Virus record (IMG/VR): IMGVR_UViG_2599185107_000001
Location: 1-64,000 of that record
From: an uncultured virus (IMG/VR IMGVR_UViG_2599185107_000001)
Taxonomy: Duplodnaviria > Heunggongvirae > Uroviricota > Caudoviricetes
Length of the DNA: 64,000 bases
Reading direction: 5' to 3' (one strand)
Both the position numbers and the translations under genes were made by a program. The notes below the pieces were generated by a model that saw only the letters and a program-made list of their open reading frames with translations, was not told the origin of the DNA and did not search any database. Shown here in pieces: positions 45,862 through 54,887 of this stretch (positions are counted from its first letter, which is position 1; each line of letters starts with the position of its first letter).

Positions 45862-48272
45862 GCGCCTCTCCCCTCGATCCACTCCCGCCTGTGTCTCCAT
45901 TGCTCGCGCATTTCCACGACGAGCAAGTCAGCAGCGGCGTAGCCGCGCTGAGCGGCAATGCGAAGCCTCAGCTCTTGCACCTTGGCTGCATCCGTGTAGC
46001 CCTGCCGCAGCCAGTGACGTGCCTCGCAAGCCCTGCGGAATCCTTCCACATTTGCGCCATCGATCATCGCTGACGCGTGCCGGTGAAGCGCAGGCCCAGC
46101 TGCACGACGTTCTGCGCGCAGGGACGTGGCTGACGAGGGGTGCGGATGCGATGCGCACGCCGCCATTCGGTCATGGCCAACTCGAAGCTGGGGTGCTTTT
46201 GTGTGCGCCCACACACACACTCGATGAAGTGCCCACCGCCTGCCTCGGGGCGGCGGGCATCGAGCATATGGCGAGCCAAGTGCCCGTTCGTGCAGGGTGG
46301 CAAAGGACTATCGTGGTTGACCTGACGTTGCGTCATAGCCCCTCCTGGCCCAACGCGCGCTCGGCATCCCGCAGATGCTGCGCGGTGTCGGAGTCGATCC
46401 GGTCCAACGCCTGGGCGATGGTGTAGCCCATTTCGGCCAGCCAGTCGTGGCGATTCAGCACCAGAGCGGCTGTGAGCGACTCCCCGGTGGACAAGGGGCC
46501 AGGCTCTCCCAAACGCGCTGCGGCGCGCGCAATCTCGATTGTGCGCTGCAGGTTCATGGCTGCGTCCTCCACGCGTCGCCGAGCTGGGCACGTGCTTCCT
46601 CGACACGCATGAGGCGCAAGCCCCAGCGTACCGACCAGGTGCGGGCCTGCTGCTCGTTGCAGGTCAGGATCAGCTGCCCGGAAGACTCCAGGCGATCAGC
46701 GCGGAACGCGAACAACAGATCGTCCAGCTCGATGAACTCCTGCAGGCCGAGCTTTTGACACAGAGCCTCGGCGTTGAGCGATTTGCAGCTGCCCTGCGGA
46801 CCGAGAAGAATGACCGACTCAGCCATGAGCAGCCTCCCGCCGCACAGCCATGCGGGTGCGGCGACGAAGGCGCTGCGGTACCTGTCCGACGGCCAGGCCG
46901 GTTTGTGTCAGGCGCGGACGGCGCGTCGTCCACAACTTGTAGACCAGCGCGCCACCGGCCGCCGGCGCCAGGACCACCACAAGCGCGAGCAACTCAACCA
47001 TGCGCCACCTCCCGCGCGGCTTGCGCGACCGCAGCTGCAGCAGCTGCAGTCGGCCTGCGCGGCAGCATGTTGGCCAGGTCAAAAGGGAAATCTAGGCCGT
47101 CCATGAACTCGGCCAACTCAGTGCTGATGCGGTCTTCCACCGTCGTCCACAGGCGAGGCCCGTCGATGAGTTTCCAGCCGGTGCCGGTGCCACGCCGCCG
47201 CTCCCACGTTTGGCGAGCCTCGCGTAGCGGTCCCATGTTCAGGGTTGCGGTGACTACGACCGCACCATGCGTGACGTGCATGGTGATGGTCGCTGAGCAG
47301 TCGCCCATGCTGCGGTCGTAGGCGGCGACGGCCGGCGTGGTAGCCTCCGGGCCGGGTCCGGTGCTCAAAGCCAACGGACGTGCTGCCGTGGCTGGACGTG
47401 TTCCAGTGTGCTGTTGCATATCGACTCTCCTGAGTTGCGTTGGTGGAGGGCCTTGGGGCGGTGTTACAGCACCGCCCGCCGGCCCGCTGGTGCGGGGTTA
47501 GATCAGGTCGGCGCCAGATGGCGGAATGCTGGGGTCAGGCACACGCAGACGTTGCGCGCTGCTGAGGACATCAAGCAGTTCGTGGCGGATGTACTCGGCC
47601 ACTGCCGCCGGTCCGTCGTGATTGATGCCTGCCTCGATCGCGATATCGTTGGTCAGCGCTGCGAGCAATGTGGTCGCGTGGTAGGCGAGCCAAAGGCGGG
47701 ACTGATCTTCTTCACTGATCGAGAAGTCAGCGTCCTCTGGCAGCTGTGGGTTCGGGTGAGCGGCGTCCATCACGCCACCTCCGATGCAGGCATGCGCTCG
47801 ATGACCCATTCCTGAAGCGCGGCGGCCTCGGCTTCCGGCATGACCACGTGCAACGAGCCGATGACCAGGCCGGTGCCATCGTCGACGGGGAACAACTCGC
47901 GTGCGTCTTTAATTGCGCTGCAGGCGAACATGACCGGCGCGCGATCATGCAGACCGTCGGCGTACAGTTCGGCCAGCACGTCGGTCGCCCGGATCTGCAG
48001 GAGCAGGTAGACGCCGGGAGCCACGCGGAGTGCTTTGTGCAGGTCGCGGCGGCTCACTGGCGCACCTCGGCCAGGTCGGCATTGATGCTGGAAATGGCGG
48101 CCTCGACATCGGCCAAGGTCAGCGCCTCGGGCGCTTTGCCCATGGCCTGCAGCTTCGCCTGCAGGGCGAGCCAGGCGGTGTGGTTCCAGTCGAGGGTGTC
48201 GGCGATCAGGCCGAAGTAATGGGCGATCTGACGCGCGGCATTTGCCGGCGCTTCTTGGGCATCGTAAGACAT
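45858..48272 (-). CDS. Run of nine small, mostly overlapping hypothetical early genes (45858-46067, 46064-46336, 46333-46557, 46554-46826, 46819-47001, 46994-47419, 47498-47770, 47770-48057, 48054-48272)
   Basis: Co-oriented ORFs with start/stop overlaps; 46554-46826 has a degenerate P-loop GPQGSCKS. Confidence 0.6.
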
Positions 48273-48319
48273 GCAGGCTCCTAAGTTGTTGGAGTCCGGC
48301 ACATCGCTGCTAAACGAGG

Positions 48320-48393
48320 TGGCGGACGGTGCGCGGTTAGCAGACCGGTAGGAGTCACCGGCAGGCCCGAAGGCCTCCGCACACCGCCCGCCA
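48320..48393 (-). ncRNA. C4/CI-type antisense RNA
   Basis: Long closing stem, GGCC-TTCG-GGCC hairpin, GCCGGT-GACTCCT-ACCGGT hairpin, CTGCTAA bulge; complementary TTTAGCAG and TAGGAG targets on both sides. Confidence 0.85.
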
Positions 48394-48433
48394 TAGAACT
48401 GGCTGGCACGTGCCCACGACGATACAGCGGGCA

Positions 48434-48467
48434 TAAAAAAAGCGCCTTGCATCGATCGATAGGCGCT
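48434..48467 (-). terminator. Terminator or attenuator between the upstream target and the C4 RNA
   Basis: AGCGCCT...AGGCGCT followed by a T-run. Confidence 0.7.
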
Positions 48468-48592
48468 GGTGCGCCTCCTAGTCGGGCTGCTAAACCCGGT
48501 CGCCGATTGTGCGGCGACGCGGTAATGGTTGCTCCGCTGCCAGGTAGAAGTCAACGAAAATTTCCTAAAATTTCCAACATGAGAAAGCGTGC

Positions 48593-51289
48593 TCATTTGG
48601 CGAACACCCAGCACTTCACGGTGGTGCCGACGCCGGTCAGATCGTCCTTGAGGACGGCGCTGTTGACGGCCACGTTCGCCCCGATGAACTTGTGCCGGCG
48701 CGAGTCACCGAGCAGCGCACGCAGCACCTTGAGATCGGGCACGGACTGACTGAACTGCGCGGCCCGCGCAGCGAAGTGATTGAGGTTGATCGCGATGCGC
48801 TGCGCGTCGCGGCTATGGTTGACGACGGCCTTACCGTGGCCGGTGGCTTCGAGGTATTCGTAGACCTCCCAGAACTCGTTGACCATCGCGTGGTCGGCGC
48901 TGATCGCCTTCTGTCGTTCCAGGGCCATGTCCAACAACGCGAGCCGCGTCTGCTCGACCATGTCGTCAGGGATGCTGATGACCAGGCGCAGGCAGTCGAA
49001 CAGCGCCAGCATCTGCGCGTGGTTCTTGATGACGCGTTCAAGGCGCAGATCCTGCTGCGCGCGCAGCTTGGCCTCAAACACCTTCACCCGCTCGGCGAAC
49101 AGATCGAGGATGGCGCGCTCCTGGCGAATGGCACGCACGAGGAAGTGGCTGACTTCTTCGACCTGCAGCGCGTTGAGATTGTCGGCCGCGATGCGGCTTT
49201 CGGTGGTGACCTGGGGCCGCTTGAAATGCAGCTTGACGATGCGCGTGAGGATCGCCTCGCTGGCGTCCACTGCAGCGTTCTGGGTGATGACGATCGTGCC
49301 GCGAAAGGGCGGCTCGTAGGTCTCGTTGCCGCCATTGCGCACGCCGCGTGTTGCCAGCGTGCCGCCGCCGAAGAAGTCCTTCAGCTCATCCCACTCAAAC
49401 GTCTTTGAATGCGCCTTGTCTGGCTCGCTGCGATCGGCTTCCAGCAGGACCACGGGCATGCCGGACACCTGGCCCATGGCGCGTGCACGGCCGGCCTTGG
49501 ACGACTTGGCCGGGTCGAAGCCCTCGTAGTCGGATCGGCCCAGTAGCTTCCACAGGAACGTCAGCAGCGTGGTCTTGCCGGCGCCGGCTTCACCGGTGGC
49601 TTCGAGGAATGGGAAGCTCTTGTGGCCGGTGCGGATCTGCTCGGCGAACAACGAGCCAAACCAGAACGTCATGGCGACCATGCCGTGGGTGCCGAAGCAC
49701 TGCCACAGCCACGGCAGCCAATCCACACGGAACGCCTCGGCATCGCGTTGGATCTCCAGACGGATGGACTTCTGCGTGGTCTTCAAGCGCAGCTTGTCGA
49801 ACTCGAAGTAGTCCTCTTCGTTGGCCGTCACCAGCTCGCCGTCGCGCACGGCCATATCGCCGAGCAGGTAGGCGCGGTGTTCCTTGCTGTAGCCCACGAA
49901 GTCGATCGCGTCGACTGTCTTGATTGCCTCGGTCTGCTCTTCGATCAGGCGGTCCAGCTGGTGGCCGGTACCGGTGAACATGGCGCCGGCGGCCAGGGAG
50001 ATCAGGCGCTTCTTGAACTCGGAAGCGCTGGCGACGTGACCACCTGTAAAGGTGCCCTTTACGCTGGGGCCGTCGTGCGGGAAATCGACGCGGAAGTAGT
50101 ACCAGCTTTCGTCGGTGACCTCTTGGCGCTGGAAATACAGGGCTTCCGGGTAGCAGTTGGCGATCTTCTGCACGGAGCACGCGGCGCGCTTGATCTTTTT
50201 CAGATCCTCGGCCGCAACCTCGTCGCCGTCGTCCGCATCGATGTCGCCCAGCTTTTCCTTGCGCAGCTTGTCGAAGCGCTGCGTATCGAAGTCGAACCAG
50301 TACAGGCGAGAGCGGTAGTCCAGCCAGAAGTCGTTGCGGCCGTCGTGTTCGAACATCAGCAGGCCTTTGTCCACAGCCGAGCGAGCCACAAGCAGGTCGC
50401 CCTGGTAGCGGGCTTCGTTGACGTCGTTGTCCCATTGCTTGGGATCATCGGACGCGATAGCGCGCAGATGCAGGTCGTTCCAGTCGGTCTTCTTGCCGTC
50501 GCGCTGGACGATCTGCGCGGCCCGCGAGTCGAAGCCCAGCGCCGCTGCGCGCTTGATGTGCTTGTGCGTGTACGCACGGGCACCCGGCTCGTTGTCTAGC
50601 GCCCACACGAGCGTCGGAAGGTCGGCCATGCGTGCCCTTGCCAGCTCGCGTAGCGACTCTTCCGGAAAAGCGTTGGAGGACATGGCCGCCACTGCGCACA
50701 TGCCGTGCTGTAGGAGTGCGATCGCATCAAAGATGCCCTCGACGATCCATACCTCGCGCACCGTCTGCATGGCTTTGAGCGCGGCAGGCGGAGCCCACCA
50801 GACGCCCGCATAGCTCTGGCCTGGCGCAAAGCGCGCTTTCTGCTTGCCGAAGCGGTGAGGCCGATCGATTAGGCGTTCCCACCAGCCGCCCTTGACCAGC
50901 GGGAAACGTACCGTCGCGGTGCCGGCGCTGATCTTGCGATCGTAATGGCTGTCCTGGGCGTAGAGACCTTTCAGCGGAGCCAGGTCAAAGCCACGGGAGA
51001 ACTGCAGGTAGGCATCGGCCGCAGCATTGGGAGCCGCCGCCGTTGGCTGGAAGCGCTTGGACCAGTCGTCGAACAGGTCGTCGTACAGATCCTTGACGTG
51101 CAGCTCGCGCCCACACTTGGATTGGCGGCCGCACTTCACTACCCAAGGTTTGAGATGGTTGGTGTACAGCTCCTTCTTGCTGCATGACGGGCATTTGCCA
51201 CCGCGCATGTACTCGGTACCGCTCCGGTGCTTGAGTCCGTAATCCCGTTCCAGCCGGGACAGCACCTGTTGCCGCAGATCCTCTTGCAT
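48593..51289 (-). CDS. Zn-finger/toprim primase-helicase
   Basis: CPSC...CGR..KC, WIVEGIFDA, LDNE, GEAGAGKT. Confidence 0.9.
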   Translation of the reverse strand: MQEDLRQQVLSRLERDYGLKHRSGTEYMRGGKCPSCSKKELYTNHLKPWVVKCGRQSKCGRELHVKDLYDDLFDDWSKRFQPTAAAPNAAADAYLQFSRGFDLAPLKGLYAQDSHYDRKISAGTATVRFPLVKGGWWERLIDRPHRFGKQKARFAPGQSYAGVWWAPPAALKAMQTVREVWIVEGIFDAIALLQHGMCAVAAMSSNAFPEESLRELARARMADLPTLVWALDNEPGARAYTHKHIKRAAALGFDSRAAQIVQRDGKKTDWNDLHLRAIASDDPKQWDNDVNEARYQGDLLVARSAVDKGLLMFEHDGRNDFWLDYRSRLYWFDFDTQRFDKLRKEKLGDIDADDGDEVAAEDLKKIKRAACSVQKIANCYPEALYFQRQEVTDESWYYFRVDFPHDGPSVKGTFTGGHVASASEFKKRLISLAAGAMFTGTGHQLDRLIEEQTEAIKTVDAIDFVGYSKEHRAYLLGDMAVRDGELVTANEEDYFEFDKLRLKTTQKSIRLEIQRDAEAFRVDWLPWLWQCFGTHGMVAMTFWFGSLFAEQIRTGHKSFPFLEATGEAGAGKTTLLTFLWKLLGRSDYEGFDPAKSSKAGRARAMGQVSGMPVVLLEADRSEPDKAHSKTFEWDELKDFFGGGTLATRGVRNGGNETYEPPFRGTIVITQNAAVDASEAILTRIVKLHFKRPQVTTESRIAADNLNALQVEEVSHFLVRAIRQERAILDLFAERVKVFEAKLRAQQDLRLERVIKNHAQMLALFDCLRLVISIPDDMVEQTRLALLDMALERQKAISADHAMVNEFWEVYEYLEATGHGKAVVNHSRDAQRIAINLNHFAARAAQFSQSVPDLKVLRALLGDSRRHKFIGANVAVNSAVLKDDLTGVGTTVKCWVFAK

Positions 51290-51297
51290 GACCTTCC

Positions 51298-51510
51298 TTA
51301 GACGCCGAGCTGGCGCCGAGGCGCGTGCGGAGATGTGGCGGCTTCGATCACGACGTAAGCACCGCCGGCGCGGCGGTGTTCGTCAACGGCGGCAGCGAGC
51401 AGGCGTGCCTCTTCGTGCTTGGCGTGCGGCGCGACGCGCTGCGGCACATTGCTGGCCGCATCCACGAATCGCGGCTCCTGTGCGGTGAACCAGCTGTTGG
51501 CATGCCTCAC
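51298..51510 (-). CDS. Hypothetical protein
   Basis: 70-aa coupled ORF. Confidence 0.6.
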   Translation of the reverse strand: MRHANSWFTAQEPRFVDAASNVPQRVAPHAKHEEARLLAAAVDEHRRAGGAYVVIEAATSPHAPRRQLGV

Positions 51511-51785
51511 GAACCGACCTCGGTGTTTGTGTGTTGGAAATCGAATAAAGCGGTGGCGGCATCGGTCAGCACGACCAGGCGATCGTCGAAGGCGTCAGAG
51601 GTGGCAAGCCCATCACGCATGAGCGCGGCAACCACAACCGCGCCGAAGCGCTGATCTGTGTCAGGTGCGGCAGTGCGGCCGATGTAGCCGTGCTCGGTCT
51701 TCACCAGGCCGCCGTGGATGCGCGCAACTTCCAGGCAAAGCTTCGCCGTGGGCGGCAGTGCCGCCCAATCAATGGTCTTTCGCAT
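51507..51785 (-). CDS. Hypothetical protein
   Basis: 92-aa ORF with GAGG RBS. Confidence 0.65.
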   Translation of the reverse strand: MRKTIDWAALPPTAKLCLEVARIHGGLVKTEHGYIGRTAAPDTDQRFGAVVVAALMRDGLATSDAFDDRLVVLTDAATALFDFQHTNTEVGS

Positions 51786-51795
51786 TCGGGTTACC

Positions 51796-52122
51796 TCAGA
51801 GGTGAGGGAAGAACGGCTCGCCGCCCATGGGGATCAAGTCCAACTGGCGATCGCCCAGCGACTCGCGGTAGGCCTGCAACGCTTGGGCGCGCTGATAGGC
51901 AGGTGTTGGTGGAAGCTCGCTATGTGCGGTGGGTACGCCGCTGGGGCTGGCAATTCCCGTCAACTCCGAATGGCCCGTGTAGGTCGCGCCACACATGGGG
52001 TTTTCACAGACATATGAGTCGTGCCGCAGGAACTTATGTGCAAGGACGCTGGTGCGTTTGATGAGCCTTGCACTGCATGCCTCGCAGCGAAAAACGATCT
52101 TTTTCCGACCGAACATGCTCAC
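51796..52122 (-). CDS. ogr: Ogr/Delta-family late activator
   Basis: CEAC...YVCENPMCGATY...IASPSG. Confidence 0.88.
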   Translation of the reverse strand: MSMFGRKKIVFRCEACSARLIKRTSVLAHKFLRHDSYVCENPMCGATYTGHSELTGIASPSGVPTAHSELPPTPAYQRAQALQAYRESLGDRQLDLIPMGGEPFFPHL

Positions 52123-52379
52123 CCCCTAGAGCGCTTGGAAGTTTGGACTTTTGCGGCATAATCTGGCGGTGCTTTGAGGCCAAGAGCGATTGCAGCCGTG
52201 TGCGCGTCGCCGTATTTGCCTTGCGAGCGCCCACGGAGTAGGTCGTCGATAACCGTGCGATTCACCCCAAGTTGCCGGGCGAATCCGGAGACCGTGATGC
52301 CGTTGGACACCAACCATTCCCGCGCTTGTGCTGGGCTTCGGGGATGGAACTGCTGCTGAGCTTGCACGTTGCGGGGCAT
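52119..52379 (-). CDS. Cro/Cox-like DNA-binding protein
   Basis: GITVSGFARQLG...G..H.AAIALGLK; divergent from the repressor. Confidence 0.8.
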   Translation of the reverse strand: MPRNVQAQQQFHPRSPAQAREWLVSNGITVSGFARQLGVNRTVIDDLLRGRSQGKYGDAHTAAIALGLKAPPDYAAKVQTSKRSRG

Positions 52380-52406
52380 CGGTTGCGGTCGTCTGCGGTT
52401 TTGGAA

Positions 52407-52435
52407 ATTGTTGGTGTTAACACCAATTTTGTCAA
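52407..52435 (-). promoter_or_regulatory. Lytic promoter with a perfect palindromic operator
   Basis: TTGACA-17-AACAAT spanning TTGGTGTTAACACCAA (52411-52426). Confidence 0.6.
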
Positions 52436-52452
52436 TATGAGGAAAAACCTGA

Positions 52453-52884
52453 GTGACTGTAGGGAAACGCCTGAAGGAAGAACGGAAGCGCCTGCGCCTT
52501 ACGCAGCAGGAGATGGCCGACGCTTGTGGCATTTCGAAGTGGGCACAGCTTTACTTCGAAAAAGACCAGAACATGCCAGGTGGAGCCTACCTATTGGCCG
52601 CGCATGCTCGCGGCGTGGATATCATGTATGTGCTTCTGGAACAGCGGGTGGAATTGGACCCGTCTGAGGCTGAGTTGGTGGCTGCGTTTCGTGCCGCATC
52701 GCATGAGGTGCGCGCCGCAATGCTGTCCAATCTTGGATCGGCAAGCGGTTCTGCTGAGAGCGTTGCGCCTGTCGTGACGTTCAACGACGACAGCCACGTA
52801 TCTCAAATGCTCAATACGACGGGCGCGATCGATCAGAGATACATGCAGATCAACGTGGGCGGACGCAAAAAAAAGAAATCGTGA
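52453..52884 (+). CDS. XRE-family immunity repressor
   Basis: GKRLKEERKRLRLTQQEMA...FEKD...GVDIMYVL. Confidence 0.88.
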   Translation: MTVGKRLKEERKRLRLTQQEMADACGISKWAQLYFEKDQNMPGGAYLLAAHARGVDIMYVLLEQRVELDPSEAELVAAFRAASHEVRAAMLSNLGSASGSAESVAPVVTFNDDSHVSQMLNTTGAIDQRYMQINVGGRKKKKS

Positions 52885-52985
52885 TCAACGTCCAAATAGG
52901 ACAGCTGGTCCTCGCAAAAGAGAGCGCTATCGGCAGCGGCTGGCTGACGTTTAGCAGCTAGGAAAGCATTCGAGATCGTGTGCAC

Positions 52986-53017
52986 AAAAAAAGCCGCCGG
53001 TGGTGCCGGCGGCTTTA
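52986..53017. terminator. Intrinsic terminator (T-run on minus strand)
   Basis: AAAGCCGCCGG...CCGGCGGCTTT flanked by A7. Confidence 0.7.
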
Positions 53018-53226
53018 AAGGTGTCGGCGCGTAGCTCCTTGCGATCCAGTCGCCGCCGTCCTGGCAGCGCGAGATGACCTGACATCCACGATACAAACTA
53101 CGCGAGCCACATCCGGTCAGCCATCAGGGAATCCCTACAAATAGCGTAAGGAATTCGCCGGTGCGAGGGAGCGTGCGCTACCTTAGAATTCGCGAACTAT
53201 TGAAGCAACTACGCATGGATGCCTGA

Positions 53227-53472
53227 ATGATTCGACAGATTGGCGATTACATAATGACTGCGCACGCCACCGCGTCCGGAGCCATGTTCTTTCCGGAAAT
53301 CCTGGTATCAAAAAGTGGTGGCCTTACCTTGCATCGGCACCAGTTGCCCAGTTCAGGGTATGGCACGTATGCACAAGCTGTCGCATATGCCGAAGGTGAG
53401 CTGGGACTCTATCGAGTGCTGAGCAATGGTTCGCTGTTGGTGTGTCACTCACGGGATGCCGCTGCCGGGTAA
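53227..53472 (+). CDS. Small moron, hypothetical
   Basis: 81 aa between repressor and gpD, opposite to the tail genes. Confidence 0.55.
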   Translation: MIRQIGDYIMTAHATASGAMFFPEILVSKSGGLTLHRHQLPSSGYGTYAQAVAYAEGELGLYRVLSNGSLLVCHSRDAAAG

Positions 53473-53490
53473 GCAGCGTGGCGTGAGCGC

Positions 53491-54477
53491 TTACGGCGTG
53501 GCTTCCAGTTCGAGTGCCGTGCTAAAGCCGCTGGAGCCGCTCACCGTGTGGTTGGTCTTTGCAATCAACCAACGTTGCCCATCAATCTCCGGTTTGAAGC
53601 CGCTCACCGTGACGATGTGTTCTGGGAACAGATCCGCCCGGCCGATCGCCAGCGTGTAGTCGAGTTTCGCTACGCCACGCTTCACCCGCTCCAGCTCAGC
53701 GTGTGCATGCTGGCGTGCCGTCGCCTCATCGGCATACGACTCTTGCAGGCGCTTGGCGTTGTCGTCCGTGCCCACCAGCACCGACTGCCGCCGCGCCTTG
53801 CCTTTGTCTACCCAGTACGCGCGCACGCCGGTGTAGGCATCGCGGTCGGCCACCGAGTAGCGGTGCTGGTCGCCGTCGCGCCGCGTCAGGGTGACGGTCG
53901 GCAGCGGTTTGCCGGTCGCGGTGGTGCCGGCGCCGATCGGCGCAAAAACCAAAGCACCTGCCTTCACTGTTGCTACCGCATCGAAGCGCTGCCCCAGGCG
54001 GGTGAGCAGATTCATATCGCTCTCGTTGGCCTGGTCGAGATGGGGCAGCTTGGTGCGCGCCAGCGCCTCGGCCACGCGCGGCGTCAGTCCATGCTCGCCG
54101 GCGAGCGCGTTGAGCACGGCGCCTAGCGTGGTGTTGTGCCAGCTGCGTTCGCGGCGCGTGCGCATATCTGCAGTCAGATCCGCACTGCGCGCGCGCACGG
54201 TGATGATGTCCGGCGCACCGCTGTACTCCACCTCGTCCACGATGAAGGTGCCTTTGTCGACCAGGCCCGTGGCTTTCCAGCCCAGCGCAACGGCTAGGCG
54301 CACCCCGCGTCTGGGCAGCGCCATCTTGCTGTCGTGGTCGTGGATACTCAGGTCTAGTAGATCGGCTTCGCCACCTCGGCATTCGGTGAGGGTGAGATCG
54401 CGCAGGCGCGGCGCGATGCGCTCGGTGAGATCGATGCCATCGAGCACCACGCGCCACTGCGGAGTCGGGTAGCTCAT
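53491..54477 (-). CDS. D: P2 gpD-like baseplate hub
   Basis: GTFIVDEVEYSGAPD, DQANESD. Confidence 0.93.
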   Translation of the reverse strand: MSYPTPQWRVVLDGIDLTERIAPRLRDLTLTECRGGEADLLDLSIHDHDSKMALPRRGVRLAVALGWKATGLVDKGTFIVDEVEYSGAPDIITVRARSADLTADMRTRRERSWHNTTLGAVLNALAGEHGLTPRVAEALARTKLPHLDQANESDMNLLTRLGQRFDAVATVKAGALVFAPIGAGTTATGKPLPTVTLTRRDGDQHRYSVADRDAYTGVRAYWVDKGKARRQSVLVGTDDNAKRLQESYADEATARQHAHAELERVKRGVAKLDYTLAIGRADLFPEHIVTVSGFKPEIDGQRWLIAKTNHTVSGSSGFSTALELEATP

Positions 54478-54875
54478 GCGGAAGCTGCCTCCGGGGTGAA
54501 GTCGTCTGCACGCCGCAGGCTCAGTTGGAACTCGATCCGTCGCGGCGTACCGTCCTCGAAGAACAGCGAGGCTGTCTCGTTGATCGACAGCAGCAGATAC
54601 GGCCCGTAGACCACACCTGCGCCATCGACCAACGGTAGCGGCTCACCATCTGCGGCAAGTTCGCGCAAGGTGTCCAGCGACGCGCGGGTGCCAGTGAGTT
54701 CGGGAGCAATCAGACCAGATATGTCGATGCTGTCATCGCCTGGTCCGAGGAATTGGCTGGCCGGCCGCGCGCCGACGCGCTCGCTGGTGGCGTGGCGCCA
54801 ACTCATCTGCCGCTGCAACTGCAAGAAGGCGGCGCTGTCGAGGGAAAACACGAACGTGCCGTAAGACATCATCAT
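54474..54875 (-). CDS. U: P2 gpU-like tail protein
   Basis: QFLGPG; FFEDGTPRRIEFQLSL. Confidence 0.92.
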   Translation of the reverse strand: MMMSYGTFVFSLDSAAFLQLQRQMSWRHATSERVGARPASQFLGPGDDSIDISGLIAPELTGTRASLDTLRELAADGEPLPLVDGAGVVYGPYLLLSINETASLFFEDGTPRRIEFQLSLRRADDFTPEAASA

Positions 54876-54887
54876 CGGGGCGGATCC

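Noticed and set aside
48054..48614. 186-aa Ash-like ORF
   Set aside because: Its N-terminal part is a translation of the C4 RNA region; the real gene more likely starts at 48272 after the TAGGAG RBS.
48593..51289. Primase-helicase instead of P2 gpA as a novelty
   Set aside because: This replication type is already known among P2-like phages of beta- and gammaproteobacteria.
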